Of a DNA stretch of 64,000 bases, positions 30,301-43,710 are shown one piece after another. The position numbers and the translations under genes are program-made. Position 1 is the stretch's first letter, and each line of letters starts with the position of its first letter. The notes below the pieces were generated by a model. It had not been told where the DNA came from. It ran no database searches and saw only the letters and a list, made by a program, of their open reading frames with translations. Origin of the DNA: Eledone cirrhosa (Eukaryota); NCBI GenBank assembly GCA_964016885.1, contig OZ024741.1:151280001-151344000 (forward strand), given 5' to 3'.

Positions 30301-30745
30301 GGTGAAAGAGGTGGTATGGTGGACACGTTTGAAAGGGCTGAGGTCGGACACCTTTCTCTCCGGCCAACAACCGGTCCTTTTCTTTAAATACCATTTTAAG
30401 GGAAGGATCAGAATGGAGAGAGAGGTGCTCTACCCCAGCAAGTTTTATGAAACGTGGGTGAAAGTAGCGAGAATGGCCCGTGTGAATGGGCCTTCTCTCT
30501 TTATCAGCCTGTAGGTGGAAAGATGGAAGTTTAAAGGAGCACCCCCTCTCTGTGCTCCTAAGGAAAAGGATTGCACAGTTTTTCGGGGGGGGGGGGGGTG
30601 TAACAACCTAAAACGCCTCCTCCCTATTGAAGACTGTATTGTTAATTTTATATTTGTTATTTGTTTTTTAGTCGTTCCTTTATGTAACCCCCCCCCCTGT
30701 ATTTGTCTCCTTCTTTTGTGCCCTCGTAGCAAATAAATAGAAAAT
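27393..30745 (+). mobile_element. Tx1-like LINE, second family, internally deleted, flanked by (ATCT)n
   Basis: Starts after tatctatctatct. ORF1 pieces 27594-28350; RT motifs KSPGLDC, DRSKAFDRVDH, IRQGCPLS, YADD; AATAAA at 30732 then (tatc)n. Confidence 0.85.
28144..29859 (+). pseudogene. In-frame ORF1-to-RT fusion created by an internal deletion
   Basis: TIIYRTISNKTRK..TEIELAL aligns to ORF1 TVTYRTVSTKSRR..AQIQKAL, then joins directly to DLGPYLDGLPRLS of ORF2. Confidence 0.8.
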
Positions 30746-30760
30746 TATCTATCTATCTAT

Positions 30761-32528
30761 AGGGGCTGGATTGCTGCAATGCACAGCAGCAACATCTGCT
30801 TAAGGGTCAAGGTGAACGGCTACCTCTCGGAGCCGTTCCATATCACGTGATCCATCCGACAGAGATGCCCTCTCTCCTCTCTTCTGTACGTACTGACTCT
30901 CGAGCCACTACTGCGGAAGTTGGAGTTATTGCAGGGCATCCCTTTGAAACCGGGACTGCGAAAAGCGGCGTCGGCACCTTACTGGAGGAATACGAAAGGT
31001 TCACAGGAGCGAAGCTGAACCGGGACAAATCCGTCGGTTTGCAACTCGGAACGTGGAGAGGCAAACCGATGCCTTCTGATGGTGTCGTCGACGCTGGATG
31101 GAAGGACCGGTAAAGCTGCTTGGGGTCTGGTTTAGTCTGGATCTCTAGGTGCAGAAGAACTGGAACGAGGTGACGGCCAAGGTGGTTGCGCTCACCCAGA
31201 AGTGGGCCGAGTGCAGGCTATCCTTGAAAGGTCGAGCGGAGGTGGCGAACACTTTTATAGCATCCGTCATCTACTACCGCTTGACGGTCGTGCCTTGTCC
31301 AGCCAAAACGCTCACCAAAATGGAGCGCGCTCTTCCAATTCCTTTGAAAGAAATGGGCTCCTTTGGTGAGAAGATCCATCTGCTGCCAACACCCTTCAAA
31401 CGGAGGGCTGGGGATGCCGTGGCTGACGATGTGCAAACACGCGCTCAGGCTGCAGCACCTACACGTATTCCTCACGGGACAACCGGTGTGGGCCCCGTTC
31501 GTGAGGCGAGCCTTCCCACGACTCGTCTCGCTGACCGAGCTGCAGTCCTGGGTCAAGCAAAGACCGAGGAAAATGGGCAACTGGCACATCGAATGTGCTC
31601 AGGCGCTCACAGTCCTCTGGTAAACGGACCCGGCGATCAGTGGAGACTCCACTTCGACATTCTATAGAGGGTTGGTCCGCAGCAAGTGCGACGACGCGCT
31701 CGGAGAAAATCTAGGCGTAGAGGAGGAGGAACTGGCCAGTCTGTTCGGTAGGACCTTCCGCCCGGGACCAATGGACAACTTCCAAAAGTCCCTGGCAGTG
31801 CTACCGAGGAGTTCTACCAGTTTGAGACAAGCTCTACAGACCCGGGCTCCCGGGCGGGAACCCTTCGAAAAAGATCTGTCCGAGATGCGTGCGCGACGAG
31901 GAAACCGTCGCGCACGCATTTATACACTGCCCGGGCGTGACTGACCTGTGGGGCTATGTAGGACGACTATTGTCGCGGGTGAGACCAATCCAGTTGACCA
32001 CCGAGTCCATTGTCATGATCAAACCGCCACCCTCCTTCAAAAACGAGGGAGAGGCGGTTTTCCTATGTGTTATGGCTATGGTGAAAGAGGTTATATGGTG
32101 GACGAGGTTAAAAGGGCTGAGGTCAGACACCTTTCTCTCCGGCGAGCAACTGATTCGTTTTTTCAAATATCATTTTGGAAGAAAAATCAGGATGGAGAGA
32201 GAGGTGCTGTACCCCAGCAGATTTTATAAAAGGTGGGTGAATGTGGTTAAGATGGCCCGAGTGGTTGGGCCTTCTCTCTATATAAGCCTGTAGGTTGAGG
32301 AAAAAAGAGGAAGAGAGGAAGGCAGTACTCACTCTTGGTGCTCCTGGAGATGAGGGTTGTACATTTTTTCGGGGTGTGTACAACCCGTACGTAACACCTC
32401 CCCCCTATTGGGGATATCAATTGTTATTTGTTATTTTATTAATAGTTTTATTTTCATATACCTGTATGTAAACTCCTCATTTGTATTTGTCCCCTTCTTT
32501 TGTGCCCTTGTGGCTAATAAAGAAATTT
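30761..32528 (+). mobile_element. 5'-truncated Tx1-like copy inserted in the (ATCT)n tail of the previous copy
   Basis: Begins at the GWIAAMHS-encoding RT segment; frameshifted ORF2 C-terminus; AATAAA at 32516 then (tatc)n. Confidence 0.85.
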
Positions 32529-32553
32529 ATCTATTTATCTATCTATCTATCTA

Positions 32554-32890
32554 TGCTACACCCCAGTAAATTCGCTGAAAGTTGGGTGAATGTGTCGAAA
32601 ATGGCCCGAGTGAATGGGCCTTCTCTGTATATAAACCTGTAGGTTGAAGCAGATAAACAGAGGGAAGACAGGAACACCTACAAAACGTGTTCGTGGCGTT
32701 GAGGATTGTTCTGTCCACAGGATGTAAAACAACCCTGCAGTAACGTTCCCTCTTATTTCAATTGTTATTTTATTTTATCTACTTTATTGTTATTTATTAA
32801 TGTTAAATTATATGATTTTTATGTAAAACCCCCGCCGTCACATCTTGTAATGTCCCATTTGTCGTCGCTCCTGCGTCAAATAAAGAAAGA
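32554..32890 (+). mobile_element. Third, heavily 5'-truncated Tx1-like copy
   Basis: Encodes the ORF2 terminus (WVNVSKMARVNGPSLYINL*), has a distinct 3' UTR, AATAAA at ~32879, then (tatc)n. Confidence 0.8.
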
Positions 32891-32918
32891 TATCTATCTA
32901 CCTATTTATCTATCTATC

Positions 32919-32994
<76 letters not shown>

Positions 32995-33000
32995 GATAAA

Positions 33001-33134
33001 TTGACTTTCTACTTGTCTGAGGAATCAGACAAGTGGACAGTCAAATACATAGATGTCTGTCTATCTAACTAGCTAGGGAGTTAACTAGCTACGTTGATAG
33101 TTAGATAGATAAATAGTTAGATAGATGGACAGAT

Positions 33135-33204
<70 letters not shown>

Positions 33205-33662
33205 ATGTATATATATATGTATATATATATATATATATATATTGGTAAACGGAATAGAAAATGCTGACAAATTGTTCACAGTTGAAAAATGGTTTAATTA
33301 GGGATAAAAGAGTATTAGTGATTGTATGGGTTAGTATTCAGTTGTGGTTTTAAGTTTTTAAGTTTTTGCCGGTTGCGCATTTCTAAATGCTTTTCAAAAA
33401 TAATTTTGAGATAGAGTGTCCGTGCTGTTTGCTCAGATCAGAGCAAACAGCACGGACACTCTATCTCAAAATTATTTTTGAAAAGCATTTAGAAATGCGC
33501 AACCGGTAAAAACTTAAAAACTTAAAACCACAACTGAATACTAACCCATACAATCACTAAAACTCTTTTATTCCTAATTAAACCATTTTTCAACTGTGAA
33601 CAATTTGTCAGCATTTTCTATTCCGTTTACCAATATATATATATATACATATATATATACAT

Positions 33663-33730
<68 letters not shown>

Positions 33731-33872
33731 ATCTGTCCATCTATCTAACTATTTATCTATCTAACTATCAACGTAGCTAGTTAACTCCCTAGCTAGTTAG
33801 ATAGACAGATATCTATGTATTTGACTGTCCACTTGTCTGACTCCTCAGACAAGTAGAAAGTCAAATACATAG
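33001..33872. repeat. ~870-bp palindrome containing a PLE-like GIY-YIG C-terminus and microsatellites
   Basis: Centre gctc-agatca-gagc at ~33437. Right arm encodes [14 protein letters not shown]. Arms differ by a few substitutions. Confidence 0.8.
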
Positions 33873-33928
33873 ATGTCTCTTTCTCTCTTTCTCCCCCTCC
33901 CCCTTACTTTCTTTCTTTCTTTCCTTCT

Positions 33929-33987
<59 letters not shown>

Positions 33988-33990
<3 letters not shown>

Positions 33991-34088
33991 CGAAACGTCG
34001 TCCCCCACCTACCCCCCACTCTCCTGAGCGTGAATTTAATAAACATTTATTGTACTGCCTCTCTGTTCTGTCCCTGTTCAAATTTTTC

Positions 34089-34092
<4 letters not shown>
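33988..34092 (+). mobile_element. PLE-like 3' tail beginning at an HHR 3' half
   Basis: cccGAAACGTCGTC, then AATAAA and a pyrimidine-rich tail, between (TA)n tracts. Confidence 0.55.
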
Positions 34093-34162
<70 letters not shown>

Positions 34163-34248
34163 TATATACATATATATATATATAAGGTGGTGGGATTAAG
34201 TTAGACATGGCCTGGGCCAATACTAGCCGAAATCTATCGAAGTTATAT

Positions 34249-35343
34249 ACCAGATAGAAAAATGCGTACAGCAAAAAAAAGTAATATTGTTGGAATATAA
34301 ACCTTTAAAAATACAGGACAAGAAACTAAAATAAAACTTTAAAAGAATAGGACAAGAAACTAAGATAAAACTTTAAAAGAATAGGACAAGAAACTAAGAT
34401 AAAACTTTAAAGAATTGGACAAGAAATAAAAAATTTACAATAATATTAGTGGCAAAATTTTTATTGGTAAAAAAATCGAGTTCCACATTCATAGGCTCTG
34501 GGTTCCACACTCAGAGATCGTCCTCAGACCGGGGGGATCATTTGATCCTGGGTTGAACACCAATTGGGCCATAACCATACCCCTATTTCATCATTCGGCG
34601 ACACGCCTCATGTGTCATGCATAATGTGAATGGACCCATGGGCCCATGAGCACAGATCTTGAGCAGCAGTGGACGGTCTTGTCGTCCCGCTCATCCTTGA
34701 TCTTGACCAACCCGTCCATCTTCTCCTTGCATCTTGTCCTTGAGTTCAAGTCCGGCAGTCCAGATGAATGCGTGCCACAGCTTTCTGGTACAGGAAGGGG
34801 GAGCAGGAGGAATGGAGGGATGACGGGACAGAGGGAGGGAGGACCGGTGGTTGAGGGAGGTGCCGTAGCCGGTGGTCAGAGTCGACATCTTGTCCCGGTC
34901 GTCTTCTCCATCTTCGTCTGGTGTTGCGGGACCAGAAGTGCATTCTTGGAGGAGACCTGCAGCTGCATCGGCCAATTCTTCTTGCAATGGTTATTCTGAC
35001 GGAGCAGAACTGCTCAGCCAACCAACCCCAACCAGAACCAACCGCTCAGGGGCAACGCACAATGAGAGCATGACAATTATTATGCACTAATCAAGAAGAT
35101 ACTGGGGCATAGCACAGGAAACGAATAAAAAAATTTTGCCACTAATATTATTGTAAAATGTTTTATTTCTTGTCCAATTCTTTAAAGTTTTATCTTAGTT
35201 TCTTCTCCAATTCTTTTAAAGTTTTATCTTAGTTTCTTGTCCTATTCTTTTAAAGTTTTATTTTAGTTTCTTGTCCTGTATTTTTAAAGGTTTATATTCC
35301 AACAATATTACTTTTTTTTGCTGTACGCATTTTTCTATCTGGT
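34249..35343. mobile_element. Foldback-type element: ~217-bp inverted arms with ~32-bp subrepeats around a GC-rich core
   Basis: 34249-34465 is the reverse complement of 35124-35343; subrepeat ggacaagaaactaagataaaactttaaaagaa. Confidence 0.7.
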
Positions 35344-36678
35344 CTACTATTTTTTAAGGCAATGCAAGCAACAACTATCTAATAATTAAATGATCATAGT
35401 GAATTACTGACAAGTGATTGACATTTTAAAGTTCTTTTGAGTATAATTGCAATCTAGTTGAGGCAACTGGCTTAATGACAAAGCTAGTAAATCATGAATG
35501 CATTTGAGATGATTAGTGCATAATAGTGAATTGGTGAAACTTGTGCATTTCAATGGTGTTACAACAATAGATGTAAGTTATATAGTAGTAATACTTTATC
35601 ATTTTAACTTTTTAGAATGGACAAAAACCCATACAAAGAAATGACTTTGACTGCAGTGATTCTCTCCAATTTACTTACAAGCAAAACGTGGTCAAATACC
35701 TTATCATCTCTGATAAAATGCCCATTGAATCACTGAAAATCGGATGCATGGAATTCCTCATAAAATGCACCTATGAATCGGAAGCCATCACATATATCAA
35801 TGGATATAGGGAGTTGTTCACACTGGAAGACCGTCACTTCATTTGTGACTTCATCAGTTATCTCCACGATTATCTCAGACACCCAATGCCATTGATGAGA
35901 GGTGATCCAATGTGTGAGCATGTAACTAATCTTATAGAAGTTGTTATCGACCACCTGGCTTTTAGTGACTTTTGACTGATTTGACTGATAATGATGTATT
36001 TTTAAAAAGTATGTGTACATTCTTGTTACTATTTTAAGGCAATGCAATCAACAACTATTTAATAAAATTTAAATTTAAAAATGACCATTGTGCATTACTA
36101 GTATGATGACATTTTATTAAGTCACAAAATTAGTCAGTCAGCCATAGAACAGGGATCAGGTGGCAAAAACATTGGCAAAAATGTGTGTCAATTTAAGATT
36201 TCCAACATTGTTCGAATGAATCATATCTGGTTTGAAGTCAGATTTGTCAAATTTTGACCAATTTTCAATGTTGTGAAGATTGAGCATGTTCAATTTTTGA
36301 ATCATTTCTTTCATGCAGTAATTAAACTTTTCCAAACGTCGTCATTTCTGGATTACCTCCCCTAGCGTCACGCTTACTACTCGCTCACTTGAAAACAAGA
36401 TTTATCAGCAAACTTTGATTATAAACTTTTTCCCGCTGGACCAAATTTCTAGATTTTTAAGCCAAAAGATGCGTAATGATCTACTGTTCATGCTCATATA
36501 AGTTTTATCTCAGTTAAATAAAGTAGAGCCGCGCTGTACTGTCGTAAACAGACGATTGCCAACGAAAACACGACCACAACAATATTACTAAACGGACTAC
36601 AGTCCGTTTAGGATATGCCAAATAACAAAGCACACAACACAATTAAATGAAAAATGGAAAATAAATTAGTTTAACGCT

Positions 36679-36785
<107 letters not shown>

Positions 36786-37777
36786 TCGGTTTATTGGATT
36801 GCAGTTAATCTTGGCGTAAACCATGATCAACACGCAATTGAGACAACTTCATTTCCGAGCTGAAATACAGTAGTGTCAACTGGTACCAGGTATCAAGTAG
36901 GAACGCAGAGCTCATAACATCAAAAGTGTGAGATCAGTTTAACTTATGTATATTATGTTACGCACGATTCAACAGTGATCAAGATCAAAACCGCATTTAT
37001 ACATACATACATACATGCATGCATACATGCATACATATATGCATACATACATACATACGTACGCACATACATTCATACATACATACATAAATACATGACG
37101 GCTGGCCCCTCCTTATCGAGTATGGCCATTGCACCAAAAAGAAAAAAATATATATATACACACACACACACACATATACATACATACACATACATACGCA
37201 CACAAACATTCACATACACACATGCATACACACACATATATATTAACAATTAACGGTGCTGTGATCGAATGTGGCTTTTTAACCCAGCCAATGATCTAAA
37301 ATGTCTTGCACAGAGTTGGCAACCAAAACATTCACTGGCAATAGCCGGCTGCTGTCGGACTTCATGTACTTTTACATGTCATTTGAGCCCTCCTGCTGAT
37401 CAACACTCTCTACCAGATACATATATACATATATGCATACATACATACACTTGAAAGTGCATATGGAGTCTTTAAGAAGATATATTTTACATAACTTTAC
37501 CGATATATGTGAGTGTGTTTTTGCATGTGTGTGTGTGTGCACGCTTTCTGTGTTTTTATTAAATAGTACTTCATGATGACGTGGATTTAAGAAACAACAT
37601 CAACAATATCATCACCCCATCCCCACCAAAAAAAAACACTCATATTTCTAAACTTTATCAATAATTCATGAAACATTGTACCTGCCGTTGCCTTATGGTT
37701 ACTTACATACAAGAGGTAGGTTCACGGCTTAAAATATTCATAGAGAGTCTTACACATGTTCATTATATATAAACAGT

Positions 37778-37886
37778 TCAAATGCCGCCGAGGTTAACTT
37801 TGCCTTTCATCCTTACGGGGTCAATAAAATAAAGTACCAGTAATACACTGGGATAATTGGTGGCCTTGTGTCAAAAGTAGAAACAA
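37778..37886 (+). mobile_element. SINE 3' part (major family)
   Basis: gttcaaatgccgccgaggttaactttgcctttcatcc...aaaagtagaaacaat. Confidence 0.85.
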
Positions 37887-37924
37887 TCATATATAAACAT
37901 ATCGTACATCTGCGTATACCCCTC

Positions 37925-38004
<80 letters not shown>

Positions 38005-38181
38005 TAGTCACCTGCCTTCCAAAGCCTGTCTAACACAGAAGATACCATTTGACCAGCCGCCCTCCAAGATGGCTGATCTGATACGCATGTGTCTTTTTTT
38101 CTCCTAATATTTTTTTTCTCATTTTTCCCCGTTGCTTCCTCTTATCATACTTTACTTTCTATTTATTTTCTATTTCTAACT

Positions 38182-38292
38182 AAATTTCTGAGGAAAGACT
38201 AGTGTCCGAAACGTTAAGACGCTCTTCTTAGTATTTCAAGTGTTAAACTAATATATTTCTTACATGTACTGTGACGTTTGTTTTGTTATTTT
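38182..38292 (+). ncRNA. Minimal hammerhead plus PLE-like tail
   Basis: CTGAGGA-aagactagtgtcc-GAAACGTTA; stem I is weak. Confidence 0.5.
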
Positions 38293-38596
38293 CAAGCTTG
38301 TTAGCTATCGTCAGCACCGTATACCCTTCTGCCAGATGGTTGAACGTTAATTTTCATAAGGAAAGTATATACTTTCGAACGTTCAACCATCTGCAGAAGG
38401 GTATACGGTGCTGACGATAGCTAACAAGCTTGAAACTAGTACATCGTTCCTGTGTCAGTGTTGAACAAAAAGGTGACGTGGTTGCCTTAACACCGTACGG
38501 CATAAATCAGACTGTCAGTTTGTTTACAAACGGACAAAGCGAGCGTTATAATAAACGTCCGCTAAACCGATACGTACATATATATATGTGTACCTG

Positions 38597-38640
<44 letters not shown>

Positions 38641-38751
38641 TGCTACTGTACGTCTGTATACATATATATATGTACGTATACATACATACTTACATTTAAG
38701 TAAGTGCCGTACTAAGAGTGAGAAATGAAATTTCGTTTCATTCTATTCCAA

Positions 38752-38755
<4 letters not shown>
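38291..38755 (+). mobile_element. Dispersed monomer of the HHR array unit with a 5' inverted segment; HHR 38405-38447
   Basis: acggtg-CTGACGA-tagctaacaagctt-GAAACTAGTA-catcgt. 38291-38349 is the reverse complement of 38376-38434. Confidence 0.85.
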
Positions 38756-38816
<61 letters not shown>

Positions 38817-38912
38817 ATATATAGAGAGAAAGAGACACATAGATAAATGGATATATATATATAGAGAGAGAGAGTGAGAGAGAAATACATACATTAAAAA
38901 ACAATAGATTTC

Positions 38913-39020
38913 ACACACCGTCCGTCCACCAACTATCGCCCACTAAGCCTTCAACCGCCTTCGCTATTGAAGAATCCACTTGCCATAAGGAACCATGCAG
39001 TGCATATGAACTCGAAGCTA
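38913..39020 (-). mobile_element. Decayed SINE (third family)
   Basis: gaagaatccacttgccataaggaaccatgcagtgcatatgaactcgaa resembles the reverse complement of a tRNA-SINE head and core. Confidence 0.4.
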
Positions 39021-39044
39021 AATATCCCAATTATCGAGTACTGA

Positions 39045-39120
<76 letters not shown>

Positions 39121-39510
39121 TAAGTTTTTCCAGGTTGAATCGTAGGTAACCACAGTAAGTAAGGTACTCAATACATACCAGAGTATAAAAGTTTTATATA
39201 TATATATATATATATACTATAAAGTATGTCCATAGAATCATTTGATAATATATATACACCATTTCCTCTCCCAATTACCATAATCAACCACACAAAAAAT
39301 CAATTAAACCAGGCTATACGATTAAAAGGCATCTATGAAGAAATAGTAGATAAATAAACGACAGCAATTTATTCGCGATCAACCGCTATAGAATAATTAC
39401 CCAACATTTCAATAGCTCGTGGAAATAGATTAAATATACAGTCAACCATACACAATTAGGTATGAAATTAAAGTTAGAAGAAAAAATGCGTATACACATA
39501 CCAGGATTAC

Positions 39511-39591
39511 GTTTCTACCCTTAGGGTTTCGTTCGCTTTCGGAAATATCCTATCAAGGATAAATTCTCGATCTTCGAACTGATCAGGAAAC
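39511..39591 (-). ncRNA. Hammerhead with extended stem II, G8C variant
   Basis: Reverse complement: gtttc-CTGATCA-gttcg...cgaac-GAAACCCTAAGGGTA-gaaac. Confidence 0.65.
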
Positions 39592-39890
39592 AAACTCATT
39601 TGGAGAAAGAATTTTCTTAAGTGATCCCCGCCAGAAACGAATTCAAAATGGCTAAGAACTGTGACGTGGTAGTGGTCAAGTCAGAAAGAATATGATTGGT
39701 GGCTTACGGCGAGTGAGCTGGTTGGTAGAAAGCACAGCCCAATATTGCCCAAATTGCATCTCAACCTTATGGGAGATTATCAAATATAAAGATTTACATA
39801 TAAACAAACTAGTCACAGATATATATGTTTTGGCAACCATTCACGATGTGGCTCAATGATGAATTAATAAATTAAATAATCAGATCAATA

Positions 39891-39997
<107 letters not shown>

Positions 39998-40014
39998 CGT
40001 ATATATATATATAA

Positions 40015-40124
40015 TTGTTTCTACTTTTGGCACAAGGCCAGCAATTACCCAGTGCATTACTGGTACTTTATTTTATCGACCCCGTAAGGATGAAAGGCAA
40101 AGTTAACCTCGGCCGGATTTGAAC
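40015..40124 (-). mobile_element. SINE 3' part (major family)
   Basis: ttgtttctacttttggcacaaggccagc...ggatttgaac. Confidence 0.85.
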
Positions 40125-40153
40125 TATAATGATATATATAATGATATATATAA

Positions 40154-40795
<642 letters not shown>

Positions 40796-40905
40796 TTGAA
40801 AAAATGAAAACGAAATTTCATTTCTCACTCTTAGTACGGCACTTACTTAAATGTAAGTATGTATGTATACGTACATACGTATATGCATACAGACGTACAG
40901 TAGTA

Positions 40906-40957
<52 letters not shown>

Positions 40958-41107
40958 CAGGTACACATACATATATGCACGCATCAGTTTAGCGGACGCT
41001 TATTATAACGCCGCTTTGTTCGTTTGTAAACAAACTGAACAGCCTGAATTTATGCCATACGGTGTCAAGGCAACCACGTCACCTTTTTGTTCAACACTGA
41101 CACAGGA

Positions 41108-41150
41108 ACGATGTACTAGTTTCAAGCTTGTTAGCTATCATCAGCCCCGT
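41108..41150 (-). ncRNA. Minimal HHR, array unit 1 (stem I mismatch)
   Basis: Reverse complement: acgggg-CTGATGA-tagctaacaagctt-GAAACTAGTA-catcgt. Confidence 0.8.
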
Positions 41151-41381
41151 TTACCCATCTGCCAGATAGTTGAACGTTCGAAAGTATATACTTTCCTTAT
41201 GAAAATTAACGGCTGAGCAGCCTAATTTGCATAATGAGTGAGTTAAATCGGTCAGGCATACCGAAAACGATAAGTTGAAAAAAATGAAAACGAAATTTCA
41301 TTTCTCACTCTTAGTATGGCACTTACTTAAATGTAAGTATGTATGTATATGTACATATATGCATACAGACGTACAGTAGTA

Positions 41382-41487
<106 letters not shown>

Positions 41488-41641
41488 CATACAGGTACAC
41501 ATACATATATGCACGCATCAGTTTAGCGGACGCTTATTATAACGCCGCTTTGTTCGTTTGTAAACAAACTGAACAGCTTGAATTTATGCCATACGGTGTC
41601 AAGGCAACCACGTCACCTTTTTGTTCAACACTGACACAGGA

Positions 41642-41684
41642 ACGATGTACTAGTTTCAAGCTTGCTAGCTATCATCAGCACCGT
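41642..41684 (-). ncRNA. Minimal HHR, array unit 2
   Basis: Intact core; one loop II variant. Confidence 0.85.
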
Positions 41685-41919
41685 TTACCCATCTGCCAGA
41701 TAGTTGAACGTTCGAAAGTATATACTTTCCTTATGAAAATTAACGGCTGAGCAGCCTAATTTGCATGAGTGAGTTAAATCGGTCAGGCATACCGAAAACG
41801 ATAAGTTGAAAAAAATGAAAACGAAATTTCATTTCTCACTCTTAGTATGGCACTTACTTAAATGTAAGTATGTATGTATATGTACATACATATATGCAAA
41901 CAGACGTACAGTAGTATGC

Positions 41920-41954
<35 letters not shown>

Positions 41955-42108
41955 CATACAGGTACACATACATATATGCACGCATCAGTTTAGCGGACGC
42001 TTATTATAACGCCGCTTTGTTCGTTTGTAAACAAACTGAACAGCCTGAATTTATGCCATACGGTGTCAAGGCAACCACGTCACCTTTTTGTTCAACACTG
42101 ACACAGGA

Positions 42109-42151
42109 ACGATGTACTAGTTTCAAGTTTGTTAGCTATCATCAGCACCGT
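42109..42151 (-). ncRNA. Minimal HHR, array unit 3 (stem II mismatch)
   Basis: Core intact; aagttt instead of aagctt on the + strand. Confidence 0.75.
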
Positions 42152-42386
42152 TTACCCATCTGCCAGATAGTTGAACGTTCGAAAGTATATACTTTCCTTA
42201 TGAAAATTAACGGCTGAGCAGCCTAATTTGCATAATGAGTGAGTTAAATCGGTCAGGCATACCGAAAACGATAAGTTGAAAAAAATGAAAACGAAATTTC
42301 ATTTCTCACTCTTAGTATGGCACTTACTTAAATGTAAGTATGTATGTATATGTACATACATATATGCATACAGACGTACAGTAGTA

Positions 42387-42432
<46 letters not shown>

Positions 42433-42586
42433 CATACAGGTACACATACATATATGCACGCATCAGTTTAGCGGACGCTTATTATAACGCCGCTTTGTTC
42501 GTTTGTAAACAAACTGAACAGCCTGAATTTATGCCATACGGTGTCAAGGCAACCACGTCACCTTTTTATTCAACACTGACACAGGA

Positions 42587-42629
42587 ACGATGTACTATTT
42601 TCAAGCTTGTTAGCTATCATCAGCACCGT
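42587..42629 (-). ncRNA. Minimal HHR, array unit 4 (stem III substitution)
   Basis: Reads GAAAATAGTA instead of GAAACTAGTA. Confidence 0.65.
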
Positions 42630-42864
42630 TTACCCATCTGCCAGATAGTTGAACGTTCGAAAGTATATACTTTCCTTATGAAAATTAACGGCTGAGCAGC
42701 CTAATTTGCATAATGAGTGAGTTAAATCGGTCAGGCATACCGAAAACGATAAGTTGAAAAAAATGAAAACGAAATTTCATTTCTCACTCTTAGTATGGCA
42801 CTTACTTAAATGTAAGTATGTATGTATACGTACATACATATTTGCATACAGACGTACAGTAGTA

Positions 42865-42902
<38 letters not shown>

Positions 42903-43052
42903 CAGGTACACATACATATATGCACGCATCAGTTTAGCGGACGCTTATTATAACGCCGCTTTGTTAGTTTGTAAACAAACTGAACAGCCTGACTTTATGC
43001 CATACGGTGTCAAGGCAACCACGTCACCTTTTTGTTCAACACTGACACAGGA

Positions 43053-43095
43053 ACGATGTACTAGTTTCAAGCTTGTTAGCTATCATCAGCACCGT
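43053..43095 (-). ncRNA. Minimal HHR, array unit 5
   Basis: Intact consensus. Confidence 0.85.
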
Positions 43096-43427
43096 TTACC
43101 CATCTGCCAGATAGTTGAACGTTCGAAAGTATATACTTTCCTTATGAAAATTAACGGCTGAGCAGCCTAATTTGCATAATGAGTGAGTTAAATCGGTCAG
43201 GCATACCGAAAACGATAAGTTGAAAAAAATGAAAACGAAATTTTATTTCTCACTCTTAGTATGGCACTTACTTAAATGTAAGTATGTATGTATACGTACA
43301 TACATATATGCATACAGACGTACAGTATGGCATAAATTCAGCCTGTTCAGCTTGTTTACAAACGAACAAAGCGGCGTTATAATAAGCGTCCGCTAAACTG
43401 ATGCGTGCATATATGTATGTGTACCTG

Positions 43428-43473
<46 letters not shown>

Positions 43474-43628
43474 CATACTACTGTACGTCTGTATGCATAT
43501 ATGTATGTACGTATACATACATACTTACATTTAAGTAAGTGCCATACTAAGAGTGAGAAATGAAATTTCGTTTTCATTTTTTTCAACTTATCGTTTTCGG
43601 TATGCCTGACCGATTTAACTCACTCATT

Positions 43629-43680
43629 ATGCAAATTAGGCTGCTCAGCCGTTAATTTTCATAAGGAAAGTATATACTTT
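43629..43680 (+). promoter_or_regulatory. Octamer ATGCAAAT plus TATA-like palindrome upstream of the HHR (present in every full unit)
   Basis: ATGCAAAT at 43629-43636; aaagTATATActtt at 43667-43680. Both motifs are kept in the divergent copy at 58890-58980. Confidence 0.4.
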
Positions 43681-43710
43681 CGAACGTTCAACTATCTGGC
43701 AGATGGGTAA

